From: Clostridia bacterium
GTDB taxonomy: Bacteria; Bacillota; Clostridia; CAKSNL01; HGM11501
Assembly: GCA_045545475.1 (NCBI GenBank)
Contig: JAZQAZ010000008.1
Coordinates: 1-64,000, forward strand
Length of the DNA: 64,000 nt
Direction of reading: 5' to 3'
The translations under genes and the position numbers were made by a program. How positions within the stretch are numbered: the stretch's first letter is position 1; each line of letters starts with the position of its first letter. The notes below the pieces were generated by a model that saw nothing but the letters and a program-made list of their open reading frames with translations, was not told the DNA's origin and did no database searches. Of the stretch, positions 8,810 to 21,277 are shown piece by piece.

Positions 8810-9403
8810 ATGATTTCTTTTGTACGCGGAACTCTTTTTTCGAAAGACGAAAATTCGGTAACAATAGATGTGGGTGGTATCGGCTTTAAGGTGCAGATTC
8901 CAATTCGTGACTCTGAAAAGTTAAGAATTGGTGAGGAAGCCTTCTTAAATACATACTTTGCCGTAAGGGAAGACGCAATGGATTTATATGGCTTTATTAA
9001 TAAGGAAGACCTTTCTATGTTCAATAAGCTCATCACCGTAAGTGGTGTCGGCCCCAAGGCGGCAATAAATCTTCTTTCGGCGTTTACATCAGGCGAGCTT
9101 GGAACGGCAATAGTTTTATCAGACAGTAAGAAAATTGCAACAGCTCAGGGCATAGGTGCAAAGACGGCACAGAGAATTATTCTGGAGCTTAAGGATAAGA
9201 TTTCGGATGAGACATTGACAAGCGGAATCGTCGGAGGCGAAGAACCCGCTGTAAATGCTGCAGTTGATAAGGAAGCGGTAAGTGCACTTATGGCACTTGG
9301 CTATACCGCATCTGAGGCGCAAAGTGCCATAAAGAAGGCGGGAAGCAAAGCTACTGTTGAAGAAACGGTAAAGGCAGCACTTGTTGCCCTTATGAAATTT
9401 TAA
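8810..9403 (+). CDS. ruvA: Holliday junction branch migration protein RuvA
   Basis: VREDAMDLYGF, VSGVGPK, GIGAKTAQRIILELKDK, ALMALGY. Confidence 0.96.
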   Translation: MISFVRGTLFSKDENSVTIDVGGIGFKVQIPIRDSEKLRIGEEAFLNTYFAVREDAMDLYGFINKEDLSMFNKLITVSGVGPKAAINLLSAFTSGELGTAIVLSDSKKIATAQGIGAKTAQRIILELKDKISDETLTSGIVGGEEPAVNAAVDKEAVSALMALGYTASEAQSAIKKAGSKATVEETVKAALVALMKF

Positions 9404-9421
9404 CGGAGAGGAGGCCTTTTG

Positions 9422-10453
9422 ATGGATTTTGAAGAAAGACTTATAACAAGTGAGCTTACGGAAGTTGATAAGGATACAGAATCGGGACTTCGCCCGAGGA
9501 GTTTAGATGAATATGTAGGTCAGGAAAAGGCAAGGGAGAATCTCTCTGTTTATATCGAGGCGGCAAGAATGAGAAAGGAAGCTCTCGACCATGTGCTTCT
9601 CTACGGCCCTCCGGGACTTGGCAAAACTACACTTGCAGGAATTATATCAAACGAGCTTGGAGTTAATATGAGAATTACATCGGGCCCCGCAATTGAAAAA
9701 CCGGGTGACTTGGCTGCAATTCTTACAAATCTTTCAGAGCATGATGTATTGTTCATCGACGAAATTCACCGTCTTTCAAAAAGCGTTGAAGAGGTTTTAT
9801 ATCCTGCTATGGAGGATTATGCAATTGATATTATAATAGGAAAGGGCCCATCTGCACGCTCTATAAGACTTGATTTACCAAGCTTTACCTTAATCGGAGC
9901 GACTACAAAAGCAGGAAGACTTACGTCGCCCCTGCGTGACCGTTTCGGAGTTCAGCTTAAGCTTGAGCTTTATAACACGGAAGAGCTTAAGAGAATCGTT
10001 ATGCGTTCGGCAGATATACTTAAAATAAAAATATCGGAGGACGGAGCAAGGGAAATTGCTTCCCGTTCAAGAGGAACCCCCAGAATTGCAAACAGACTTT
10101 TAAAGCGTGTCCGTGACTTTGCCCAGGTAAAGGGTAACGGCGACATAACAGAAGATATTGCAGATATTGCTCTCGGAAGACTTGAAATTGACAAAATCGG
10201 TCTTGATGCCGTGGATAAACGTATGATTACAACAATTATCGACGTGTTTAACGGAGGACCTGTGGGGCTTGACACATTGGCTGCAACAATTTCAGAGGAC
10301 GCCAACACCATAGAAGATGTATATGAGCCTTATTTATTGCAGCTTGGATTTTTAAACAGAACTCCAAGAGGTAGAGTGGTAACTCGTCTTGCTTATGAAC
10401 ATTTCGGGATTAAGTATGGCGGAGAGGATTCTCAGTTAAAAATTGAAGAATAA
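9422..10453 (+). CDS. ruvB: Holliday junction branch migration helicase RuvB
   Basis: [40 protein letters not shown]. Confidence 0.97.
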   Translation: MDFEERLITSELTEVDKDTESGLRPRSLDEYVGQEKARENLSVYIEAARMRKEALDHVLLYGPPGLGKTTLAGIISNELGVNMRITSGPAIEKPGDLAAILTNLSEHDVLFIDEIHRLSKSVEEVLYPAMEDYAIDIIIGKGPSARSIRLDLPSFTLIGATTKAGRLTSPLRDRFGVQLKLELYNTEELKRIVMRSADILKIKISEDGAREIASRSRGTPRIANRLLKRVRDFAQVKGNGDITEDIADIALGRLEIDKIGLDAVDKRMITTIIDVFNGGPVGLDTLAATISEDANTIEDVYEPYLLQLGFLNRTPRGRVVTRLAYEHFGIKYGGEDSQLKIEE

Positions 10454-10456
10454 TAT

Positions 10457-10492
10457 AAAAACCTTTCGCATAAGTTTATGTGAAAGGTTTTT
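10457..10492 (+). terminator. Terminator after ruvB
   Basis: AAAAACCTTTCGCATAA...TTATGTGAAAGGTTTTT stem followed by a T run. Confidence 0.7.
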
Positions 10493-10510
10493 TATTTTTT
10501 TACAAAGGGA

Positions 10511-11077
10511 ATGGAGCTTATGGATAATAGACGCACGCTGACGAGTCCTGTGATTACAATAGTCGTAACACTTATTGCTGTTTTTGGCATAATAATCGGT
10601 GTACTTGCTTCTAAGGATAGCTTTGGTTCTTCAATATTAAGTGAAACAGAACTTTTTTCAGATGATTTTTATATTACATTAAAAAATGCTTTTTTGATGA
10701 AATTACTGTGGAGCATTCCTTTGATACTCGGAGGAACGAGTATATTTTTTATACCTCTTTCTCCAGCATCTTTATTTCTTAAATGCTTCAGCTACGGATA
10801 TACTGTCGGAGCCATAACAAAACTCTATGGTAGCGAAGGTTATTTTCTTTTGTTGGCAGGTCTTAGCTTGCATAACTTTCTTTTTACGGCAGTTTCGGTT
10901 ATATATTCATCTTACGGAATTAATAAAACACTGGAATGTTTCCTTAACAGAAGAAATTACGATTATTGTTTAAGGAAGAATAAGCTTTTTGTCATCGTGA
11001 CAGTTGCTTTTCTGATATTTGATTTTTTCTTGGCTGTAGGTGAAGCGTATATTTCATTCTTTCTTTATGATATATAA
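10511..11077 (+). CDS. Membrane protein, SpoIIM-like
   Basis: 188 aa, about 5 TM segments, LKCFSYGYTVG and HN motifs resembling SpoIIM; next to gpr. Confidence 0.5.
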   Translation: MELMDNRRTLTSPVITIVVTLIAVFGIIIGVLASKDSFGSSILSETELFSDDFYITLKNAFLMKLLWSIPLILGGTSIFFIPLSPASLFLKCFSYGYTVGAITKLYGSEGYFLLLAGLSLHNFLFTAVSVIYSSYGINKTLECFLNRRNYDYCLRKNKLFVIVTVAFLIFDFFLAVGEAYISFFLYDI

Positions 11078-11991
11078 TCGATTATATCCTCATAGCTTAA
11101 ATTCTGGTGTATACATAAGTTCAATCCTCTTGATAAAATGGCAGAAGCACGCATTACTATTGCATCGATATTTTTAGGAGTTACCATCATGTTTCCGGAG
11201 TTTTTACCTAAATAAGCAGAGATGATTTTTTCGGAATTATGGTTATCGGATTCAACATCGAAATCTGATAATATGTCTTTCATGGCATCGTATAATACCG
11301 CAGAGGAATCGCAAACAGTCGGAATTCCCAAAGCTATTACCGGAACGGAAAATGTTTCTTCGTTTAAGGCGTTTCTTCTGTTATTAACACCGCTTCCGGG
11401 ACTTATTCCGCTGTCGGAAAGCTGAATAGTTGTGCCGACATTTGAAGAACTTCTTGATGCGAGGGCGTCAATTGCTATGATATAATCGGGTTTGATTTTT
11501 TCTTTAACCGCTTTTATGATTTCGGCAGTTTCTATCCCAGTTATCCCAAGTACACCGGGATTTAAGGCACAAAGAGAGGAAAGAGGGATAAAGTCTCCGT
11601 AGTTTTTTATATGCCTTGTCACAATTAAAGAGGAAAGAGTTAATGGTCCTATGGAATCAGGTGTAACTTTACTGTTTCCCAGTCCCGCTACGAAAGTAAG
11701 CGGGTCTTTTTTTGTTTTCGGGATGAGAGATGCAAGCTCCTTTGCGAGAACAAGGCTTAATTCTTTTGTATAAAGGCCGGTGGAAATGTGGGGAGAATGA
11801 ATGGTTATATATTTTCCTTTGGGCTTTTTTATCATCGATGCGGCTTCTTCTGATTCTACAGTAACCCTTGTTACGGAATAAATATCACTTTTATAAGATT
11901 CGGCTTTTATTCCGGGGATTTCCGCTAAGCGGTTTCTTTTCAGGTAAAAATTTCTTGATTCAAAGGCAAGGTCTGTTCTTATTTCTTGCAA
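11065..11991 (-). CDS. gpr: Germination protease GPR
   Basis: IRTDLA.E, GLGN..VTPDSIGP, PGVLGITGIET, IAIDALASR, GI.PGSGV.N.R, VTPK.ID; probable TTG start after AAAGGA. Confidence 0.92.
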   Translation of the reverse strand: MQEIRTDLAFESRNFYLKRNRLAEIPGIKAESYKSDIYSVTRVTVESEEAASMIKKPKGKYITIHSPHISTGLYTKELSLVLAKELASLIPKTKKDPLTFVAGLGNSKVTPDSIGPLTLSSLIVTRHIKNYGDFIPLSSLCALNPGVLGITGIETAEIIKAVKEKIKPDYIIAIDALASRSSSNVGTTIQLSDSGISPGSGVNNRRNALNEETFSVPVIALGIPTVCDSSAVLYDAMKDILSDFDVESDNHNSEKIISAYLGKNSGNMMVTPKNIDAIVMRASAILSRGLNLCIHQNLSYEDIIDYIS

Positions 11992-12155
11992 AATAATCGT
12001 TCCTTTCAATTTATGGATTTTTTCGTAAATATGCATTAATTATTTGCAAATATTTCTTTAAATATACTGAAAATACACCTTGCACTTTTTTTGTTTATTT
12101 GTTATAATATGAGAGGTACTGTATAATAATAATGTTTTTTGTAGGAGGAGTACAA

Positions 12156-13259
12156 ATGGAAAGACGTATGGTAGGCGAACTCGGCATCATTGCAATGCGC
12201 GGTTGCGAAGAAATGGCTGAAAAGATTGACAAGTATCTTAAAGAATGGAGAAAAGATTCTCCCGATACTTATATTTTGAACCACAGCTGCCCCAGATTCG
12301 GAACAGGTGAAGCAAAGGCTCTGATTAATCACTCTGTAAGAGGTTATGACATATTCATAGTTGCGGATATGTTCAACTATGGTGTTACATATAAAATGTA
12401 CGGCATGGAAGTTCCTATGAGCCCCGACGATCATTTTTCAGATCTTAAGAGAATCATCGGAAGCCTTGGCGGTAAGGCAAGAAGAATCAACGTAATTATG
12501 CCTATGCTTTACGAAGGAAGACAGCATAAGAGAAGCGGAAGAGAATCTCTTGACTGTGCAATTATGCTTCAGGAACTTATACATATGGGAGTATCCAATG
12601 TATTTACATTTGATGCTCACGATGCAAGAGTACAGAATGCAATTCCCTATAACGGATTTGAAGATATAAAGACATCTTATCAGATGATAAAGGCTCTCAA
12701 AAGGGCTTGTCCCGACATCGAATTCAACAAGAAAAAGATGATAATCGTATCTCCCGACGAAGGCGGAATGAGCCGCTGTATCTTTACATCAACCGTCCTT
12801 GGCTTAGAGCTTGGTATGTTCTATAAGAAGAGAAACTATTCCATCATTGTTGACGGAAGAAACCCCATCGAAGCTCACGAATATCTTGGTAACAGCGTTG
12901 AAGGAAAGGACATCATCATTATCGATGATATGATTTCCTCCGGTGACTCCGTAATCGACGTTGCAAAGCGTCTTAAGGAAAGAAAAGCAGGAAGAATTTT
13001 CGTATTCGTTTCCTTCGGTCTTTTCACAAACGGACTTGAAAACTTCGATAAAGCATATGAAGAAGGTCTCATCACAAAAATCTTCACAACCAATATGGTT
13101 TACAGAACAGAAGAACTTAAGAAGAGAGACTGGTACTGTGAAGTTGATATGTCCAAGTACATCTCCTATATTATAGATACCGTAAACTACGATAAATCTT
13201 TAAGCGAGCTTTTAGATCCTGCAGACAGAATCAAGAAGTTCCTTGCAAAGCATCAGTAA
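12156..13259 (+). CDS. prs: Ribose-phosphate pyrophosphokinase (clostridial type)
   Basis: RFGTGEAK, LYEGRQH, FDAHD, VSPDEGG, IIIDDMISSGDS. Confidence 0.92.
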   Translation: MERRMVGELGIIAMRGCEEMAEKIDKYLKEWRKDSPDTYILNHSCPRFGTGEAKALINHSVRGYDIFIVADMFNYGVTYKMYGMEVPMSPDDHFSDLKRIIGSLGGKARRINVIMPMLYEGRQHKRSGRESLDCAIMLQELIHMGVSNVFTFDAHDARVQNAIPYNGFEDIKTSYQMIKALKRACPDIEFNKKKMIIVSPDEGGMSRCIFTSTVLGLELGMFYKKRNYSIIVDGRNPIEAHEYLGNSVEGKDIIIIDDMISSGDSVIDVAKRLKERKAGRIFVFVSFGLFTNGLENFDKAYEEGLITKIFTTNMVYRTEELKKRDWYCEVDMSKYISYIIDTVNYDKSLSELLDPADRIKKFLAKHQ

Positions 13260-13260
13260 T

Positions 13261-13671
13261 AATAAAAAATACGGCAGACTTTCGGCGCCCTCACTTAGGG
13301 ATTATTCGTTTCAAAAGCATAATTTTGGCACATAACTGTGTTAAAAATCCCCCATATCCGCCAGGATAATGGGGGATTTTTGCCTATGCGAAGGAAATTT
13401 TCTTAGACATCTTAATATGCCGTGAAAATTTCCGAGCAAAAAACTTGCCCTCGATGGGCAAGTTTTTTCTCATAGTTCTGCACTTAAAATAATGTTTTTG
13501 AAATGCTTCGCAGTTTTGGGTTAGAGATTTTTTTCGATTTAAGACAAAGCATAAAAAATCCCGATATACTTGCGTATTTCGGGATTTTTTTGCGCCTTAT
13601 TAACGGAAAATATCAAGCCAAAACCGATTCATCCCCAAGCGAGGACGCCGTTGTCTGCCGTATTTTTTATT
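13261..13671. mobile_element. MITE-like or structured non-coding element with long terminal inverted repeats
   Basis: 19 bp perfect terminal IR AATAAAAAATACGGCAGAC (13261-13279 / 13653-13671), extending imperfectly to ~45 bp; several internal hairpins; no ORF. Confidence 0.6.
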
Positions 13672-14510
13672 TACCATAAATCTTCTTCTGCTACTTCGCT
13701 TATGTCTCCTTCCTTAAAGCCTGAAGCCTTAAGGTAAGGCTCAACCAAATCTCTCACATCGTGGAAATCTGCGTGGAAGTCAGAACCAAATGTAACCTTT
13801 ATGCCCATTTCAAACATTTCTCTTAAGAAATCGGCATACTGATGACGGAATTTTTCAGTCGTTACATAATCAGTGAAGAAACCTTTGTTGCACTCGATGT
13901 ACTTGCCGTTTTCCTTAAGGGCACTTCCAATATCCATATGCATGGAATGGGGGATAACAGAAAAATCCTCATACCATATGTGTTCCGGGTGATACCAGGG
14001 ATGTCCCAAGATTGTAATGCGCTCATCTGTTGCCATAAAAAGCTGCTGGCGGTACCATTCCTTGGCACAAACCGAAATGTCTTTCTGATAAACGTGTGCT
14101 CTCGGTGAATCAACTCTCCAATGGGAAGCGCCGACGGCATAGCGGATGCCGAGTGAAAGCATTTCCTCCTTGGTAAGTGCAAGCTCGATCGGATAAGGTG
14201 TTCCCTCTTCAGGAGGAACATAGCCATCACGACTTCCGTTGTGAAGTGCTGCATAGTCATATTCGGGCTTTGCAATGGGCGTAAATTCAACACCAAGCAC
14301 CAGGTGAGGATATTTTTCGTTTGCAGCTTTAACAGCCTCAGCTGACCTTTTTATGTCGCTTAAAAACTTATTATCATTATAATTTGCGTGGTCTGCAATA
14401 CCTACACGGCAAAGTCCCTGGGAAAGGGCACTTTCAGCTATCTCAGAAAGTGTATTTGAAGCATCAAAAGAATATTCGCTGTGGATGTGCCAATCTGAAT
14501 TTATAATCAT
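13671..14510 (-). CDS. PHP domain protein (histidinol-phosphatase-like)
   Basis: D.HIHS.YS.D, IADH, GVE, ILGHP, FGSDFH metal-binding motifs. Confidence 0.85.
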   Translation of the reverse strand: MIINSDWHIHSEYSFDASNTLSEIAESALSQGLCRVGIADHANYNDNKFLSDIKRSAEAVKAANEKYPHLVLGVEFTPIAKPEYDYAALHNGSRDGYVPPEEGTPYPIELALTKEEMLSLGIRYAVGASHWRVDSPRAHVYQKDISVCAKEWYRQQLFMATDERITILGHPWYHPEHIWYEDFSVIPHSMHMDIGSALKENGKYIECNKGFFTDYVTTEKFRHQYADFLREMFEMGIKVTFGSDFHADFHDVRDLVEPYLKASGFKEGDISEVAEEDLW

Positions 14511-14649
14511 AAAAAACACCTTTCTTTCATTTTTCTTAAGTTTGATTTTATCGCAAATAAAGCATTTAGTCAAGGAGTTAATCAATTATTTCTTGATTAT
14601 TTTCAAGCTTGGTGGTATAATATTACTACTATTTTCAGGAAGTGATTAT

Positions 14650-15045
14650 ATGACAGATTTAGAAAGAGCAAGAGAGTTTTTTAAGCACGACCGATATGCA
14701 ACAGATGCTACAGGTATTAAGATAGATGAAGTCGGAAAAAACTATGCGAAATGCAGTATGAAAATAACCGATATTCACAAAAATGCTTTGGGACATGTTA
14801 TGGGCGGTGTTGCATTTACTCTGGCAGACTTTGTTTTTGCCATCTCCACAAACTTTGATGCGGAAAATCCTACGGTTACAACGGTCAGTAATATAAGTTA
14901 TCTTTCCGCACCGAAAGGGGATGTTCTTTTCGGCGAAAGCCGACTTATAAAAGACGGGAAGAGAAATTGCTTTTATGAAATCTTAATAACAGATAATGCA
15001 GGTGTTTCTATAGCTGTTGTGAATGTTACCGGCACACATCTTTAA
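14650..15045 (+). CDS. PaaI family (hotdog-fold) thioesterase
   Basis: HKNALGHVMGGVAFTLAD motif. Confidence 0.88.
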   Translation: MTDLERAREFFKHDRYATDATGIKIDEVGKNYAKCSMKITDIHKNALGHVMGGVAFTLADFVFAISTNFDAENPTVTTVSNISYLSAPKGDVLFGESRLIKDGKRNCFYEILITDNAGVSIAVVNVTGTHL

Positions 15046-15063
15046 TGAAGGAAGGACTAAAAG

Positions 15064-15912
15064 ATGAAAAAAGGACTTGTTATGGAAGGCGGCGCAATGA
15101 GGGGACTCTTTACTGCAGGGATACTTGATGTCTTGATGGAAGAAGGTATAACGATGGACGGAGCAATCGGAGTTTCAGCCGGGGCCGCTTTCGGATGCAA
15201 CTTCAAATCCGGTCAGATCGGAAGAGCACTTCGCTATAATAAAGAATATTGCAGGGACAAAAGATACTGTAGCTTACATTCGCTTATAACTACAGGGGAT
15301 TTGTATGGGGCTGAGTTTTGCTATAAGACGTTGCCTGAAGAATTGGATCTTTTCGATAATGAAGAATACGAGAGTAATCCTATGGAGTTTTATGTTGTAT
15401 GTACGGATGTTGTAACAGGCCAGCCGGTGTATAAAAAGTGCGACAGCTTCAGAGGGAATAACCTTGAATGGATAAGGGCGTCGGCATCCCTTCCTTTAGT
15501 CTCGAGAGTTGTGGAAATTGACGGATATAAGCTGCTTGACGGCGGAATTTCCGATGCCATACCACTTAAGCATTTTGAAAGCCTGGGGTATGATAAAAAT
15601 CTGGTTATCCTTACACAGCCCGAGGGGTATGTTAAAAAGAGAAACAGCATAAACGGCGTATTTAAGGTGGCGCTTAAAAACTATCCGAAGCTTCAACTCG
15701 CCATGGAAAGACGCCATATAATGTATAACGAAGAACTTTCCTATGTAGATGAACGAGAGAAAAAGGGTGCGGCACTGGTATTAAGACCAAAGGAGGCACT
15801 TCCTGTGAAGCGTACTTCGAAAAATCCCGAACTTCTGCAAAAAACATATGATTTGGGAAGAGAACTTGCAAAAGAAAAACTTTCAGAAATTAAAGCCTTT
15901 TTGTGTAATTAA
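15064..15912 (+). CDS. Patatin-like phospholipase family protein
   Basis: EGGAMRGLFTAG, GVSAG, LDGG motifs. Confidence 0.92.
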   Translation: MKKGLVMEGGAMRGLFTAGILDVLMEEGITMDGAIGVSAGAAFGCNFKSGQIGRALRYNKEYCRDKRYCSLHSLITTGDLYGAEFCYKTLPEELDLFDNEEYESNPMEFYVVCTDVVTGQPVYKKCDSFRGNNLEWIRASASLPLVSRVVEIDGYKLLDGGISDAIPLKHFESLGYDKNLVILTQPEGYVKKRNSINGVFKVALKNYPKLQLAMERRHIMYNEELSYVDEREKKGAALVLRPKEALPVKRTSKNPELLQKTYDLGRELAKEKLSEIKAFLCN

Positions 15913-15913
15913 A

Positions 15914-15943
15914 AAAAACGAATGCCGATAGGCATTCGTTTTT
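15914..15943. terminator. Bidirectional terminator (patatin gene / atp operon)
   Basis: AAAAACGAATGCC-GATA-GGCATTCGTTTTT. Confidence 0.8.
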
Positions 15944-15949
15944 CTGTTA

Positions 15950-16210
15950 TTATTTAAATTCAAAGGAGCCTGCAAGCAAGGTCACAGAATCTTTTCCTAC
16001 TGTTAACAAACCGCCTTTTATGTGTGCTTCCTTTATTGTGTCATCTTCAAGATGGATAAAGCAGGGAGATTCAACTAAAGAAGTGACAAATGGAGTATGA
16101 CCGGCCATTACTGCAAGTTCTCCTTCGGTACCTCTGACATCAAGCTTTATAATATCGCCTGAAAACTTGTTGCCGTCAGGTGAAGATACTGTTAAATGAA
16201 AAGTATTCAT
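15950..16210 (-). CDS. atpC: F-ATPase epsilon subunit, N-terminal domain only (86 aa)
   Basis: L.V.SPDG, GELAVMAGHTPFVT, GGLL.V; last gene of the atp operon. Confidence 0.9.
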   Translation of the reverse strand: MNTFHLTVSSPDGNKFSGDIIKLDVRGTEGELAVMAGHTPFVTSLVESPCFIHLEDDTIKEAHIKGGLLTVGKDSVTLLAGSFEFK

Positions 16211-16213
16211 ATA

Positions 16214-18420
<2,207 letters not shown>

Positions 18421-18423
18421 TTC

Positions 18424-19914
18424 TTATACCTGCACTTCCGTAAGAATCTTTTTAAGAGATGCGATATCTTCATCATCAAAGCTTCCGCCTTCAATTCTGT
18501 TAAGCCACTGTTCATGTTCGTTTTCAAGCTTGAAGTAAAGTGCGGATTCGTATTTTTTAACATCTGAAACAGAAACAGAATCAAGATACCCGTTGATAAC
18601 GGCGTAAACTATAGCAACCTGACATCCTACACGGATGGGGGAGTTTCTGCCCTGTTTTAATACTTCAACAATACGCTCACCCAAGGCAAGTCTTTTCTTG
18701 GTATCCGCATCCAGGTCGCTTCCCAACTGTGCGAAAGCCTGAAGCTCACGTTACTGTGAATATATAAGCTTAAGCTCACCAGATACCTTTATCATAGCTT
18801 TAAGCTGAGCGGAACCACCAACTCGGCTTACTGAGATACCGGGATTTATTGCAGGCATAATACCTGAATTGAAAAGCTCGGTTTCAAGGAAAATCTGTCC
18901 GTCTGTAATGGAAATGACGTTTGTGGGAATGTATGCCGAAACGTCACCCGCCTGAGTTTCTATTAACGGAAGAGCTGTAATGGAGCCGCCACCGTATTCT
19001 TTAGCCACACAAGCGGCTCGTTCAAGCAATCTTGAGTGAAGGTAGAATACGTCACCGGGATAAGCCTCACGTCCGGGAGGACGACGAATAAGAAGGGAGA
19101 GGGCACGGTATGCAACTGCGTGCTTGCTTAAATCGTCATAAACGATTAAAACATCTTTGCCCTGTTCACGGAAATATTCCGCCATTGCACAGCCTGAATA
19201 TGGGGCAATATACTGAAGAGGTGCACTTTCTGCAGCTGTTGCAGAAACGATTATGGTATAGTCCATGGCACCGTTTTTAATGAGATTGTTTGCAAGCTTT
19301 GCAACAGATGTGCTCTTTTGTCCTATTGCTACATAGATGCAGATAACACCTGTATTTTTCTGGTTTATTATTGTGTCAATCGCAATTTCTGATTTACCTG
19401 TCTGGCGATCGCCTATGATTAATTCTCTCTGGCCTCGTCCGATGGGAATCATACTGTCAATTGCTTTGATACCTGTCTGAAGGGGAACGTTGACGCTTTC
19501 TCTTTCGATGATGCCGGGAGCTTCAGATTCAATGGGACGAAAGCCGTCGTAGGAAATCGCACCTTTACCGTCAATGGGTTCTCCGAGAGCATTTACAACT
19601 CGACCAAGGAGAGCTTCGCCAACGGGAACGGATAAAACCTTTCCGGTTCTTTTAATGGTATCACCCTCGCGGATGTCGTTGTTATTGGATAAAACTGCAA
19701 CGGATACGGTTTCTTCTTCCAGATTCTGAGCCATGCCTGTTGCACCGTTTGAAAACTCCAGAAGCTCGTTAGCCATGCAGTTCTTAAGACCGTAGACACG
19801 GGCAATGCCGTCACCTACAAGGATAACGGTTCCCGTTTCGTTCAGTTCGACGGACTTTTTATAGTTTTCAATTTGGTTTTTTATAATACTGCTGATTTCT
19901 GCGGGATTGTTCAT
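18424..19914 (-). pseudogene. atpA: F-ATPase alpha subunit interrupted by an in-frame TAA at 18751-18753 (true nonsense mutation or sequence error)
   Basis: [19 protein letters not shown]; the frame continues through the stop as IYSQ*RELQAFAQLGSDLD, where homologues have Q-Y-RELxxFAQFGSDLD. Confidence 0.85.
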
Positions 19915-20438
19915 TTTTTTATCACTTCCTTAAGGTCTTTGAGGCCTTTTTTTATGCTGCCGTCAATAAGCAGATCTCCTGCGACAATTTTTATGCCGCC
20001 AATCAGAGCCTCATCCGTTTCGTAAATGGCGTTGATGTTTTTCTGATATTTTACGGAAAGTTTTTCTATAAGCCTGCTTTTCTGATCTTCCGTCAACGGT
20101 ACAGAAGAATAAACCTTTACAGTTTCTGTATTCTTGTGAATTAACAAAAGGTTTGTAAATTCTTCTATGCAAGAATAAAGATTCCTGATACGTCCCTTTT
20201 CTGTTAATAGCTTCAGGAAAGATACTATGTGAGGATGAAAGGATGAAAACGCCTCATCTATTGCTGAAAGTCTTTCTGAAAGAGGAAGAGAAGGGCAGGA
20301 TAAAAAGACTGTATAATCTTCGTTTTCTTCTATAAGCTTTTTTATTTGGGAAAGATTTTCAGAAAATGTATCAAGCTCTCCTGTTTCAAGTGCAAGTGCA
20401 AAGAGCGCCTCGGAATATTCGTTAATTATTTCCTTCAT
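19911..20438 (-). CDS. atpH: F-ATPase delta subunit
   Basis: YSEALF, SSVPL, LIGGIKI..GD..IDGS; operon position. Confidence 0.92.
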   Translation of the reverse strand: MKEIINEYSEALFALALETGELDTFSENLSQIKKLIEENEDYTVFLSCPSLPLSERLSAIDEAFSSFHPHIVSFLKLLTEKGRIRNLYSCIEEFTNLLLIHKNTETVKVYSSVPLTEDQKSRLIEKLSVKYQKNINAIYETDEALIGGIKIVAGDLLIDGSIKKGLKDLKEVIKK

Positions 20439-20937
20439 TGCCTTCACCTATTTTCTCTATAAAGGAATCGATTATATCCTTATGGTCTTCCTGGTTGATT
20501 TCTCGTTCAAGCATTTTTTCAGCAAGCAGTGTTCCTAACTTTACAATTTCTTCTTTCATGCCTTGCTCGGCTTTTTTTACTTCAAGCTCAGCGGACAGTT
20601 TTGCACGGGAAACTATTCCTTCGGCTTCCTTTTTTGCTTCGGAAATAATTTCTCCTTCACGTTTTTGTGCCACATTTACGGCAGACTGAATAAGGCTGTC
20701 CGACTCTTTTTTTGCGTCAAGCAGCTTTTCTTCGTAAGTATCTTTTGCTTTTTTTGCATCATTTGCCGCATCCTCGGCTTCCTTATAGCTTTTATCAATG
20801 GTCTCCTGACGGGATATAAGCATTTTTTTAACAGGCTTGTACAAAAATTTCTTTATCATAAAATAAAGAAGGGCAAGGTTTATTAAAGAAATAAGTACAT
20901 CCCAGAGATTTATTGATATGACTTCTAAATTTTGCAT
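20422..20937 (-). CDS. atpF: F-ATPase b subunit
   Basis: One N-terminal TM, KFLYKPV..ML..R, charged coiled coil. Confidence 0.92.
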   Translation of the reverse strand: MQNLEVISINLWDVLISLINLALLYFMIKKFLYKPVKKMLISRQETIDKSYKEAEDAANDAKKAKDTYEEKLLDAKKESDSLIQSAVNVAQKREGEIISEAKKEAEGIVSRAKLSAELEVKKAEQGMKEEIVKLGTLLAEKMLEREINQEDHKDIIDSFIEKIGEGNEGNN

Positions 20938-20961
20938 TATAAAACTTCCTGTCTTATATTA

Positions 20962-21273
<312 letters not shown>

Positions 21274-21277
21274 TTAA

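Noticed and set aside
13261-13671. Autonomous IS element or T-box/riboswitch
   Set aside because: No transposase ORF; lies between two 3' ends rather than in a leader; no riboswitch consensus recognised
18424-18726. Separate 100 aa gene
   Set aside because: It is the in-frame C-terminal continuation of atpA after the internal stop
18751-18753. Stop-codon reassignment or programmed readthrough
   Set aside because: TAA terminates most genes in the window and no other gene shows an internal stop
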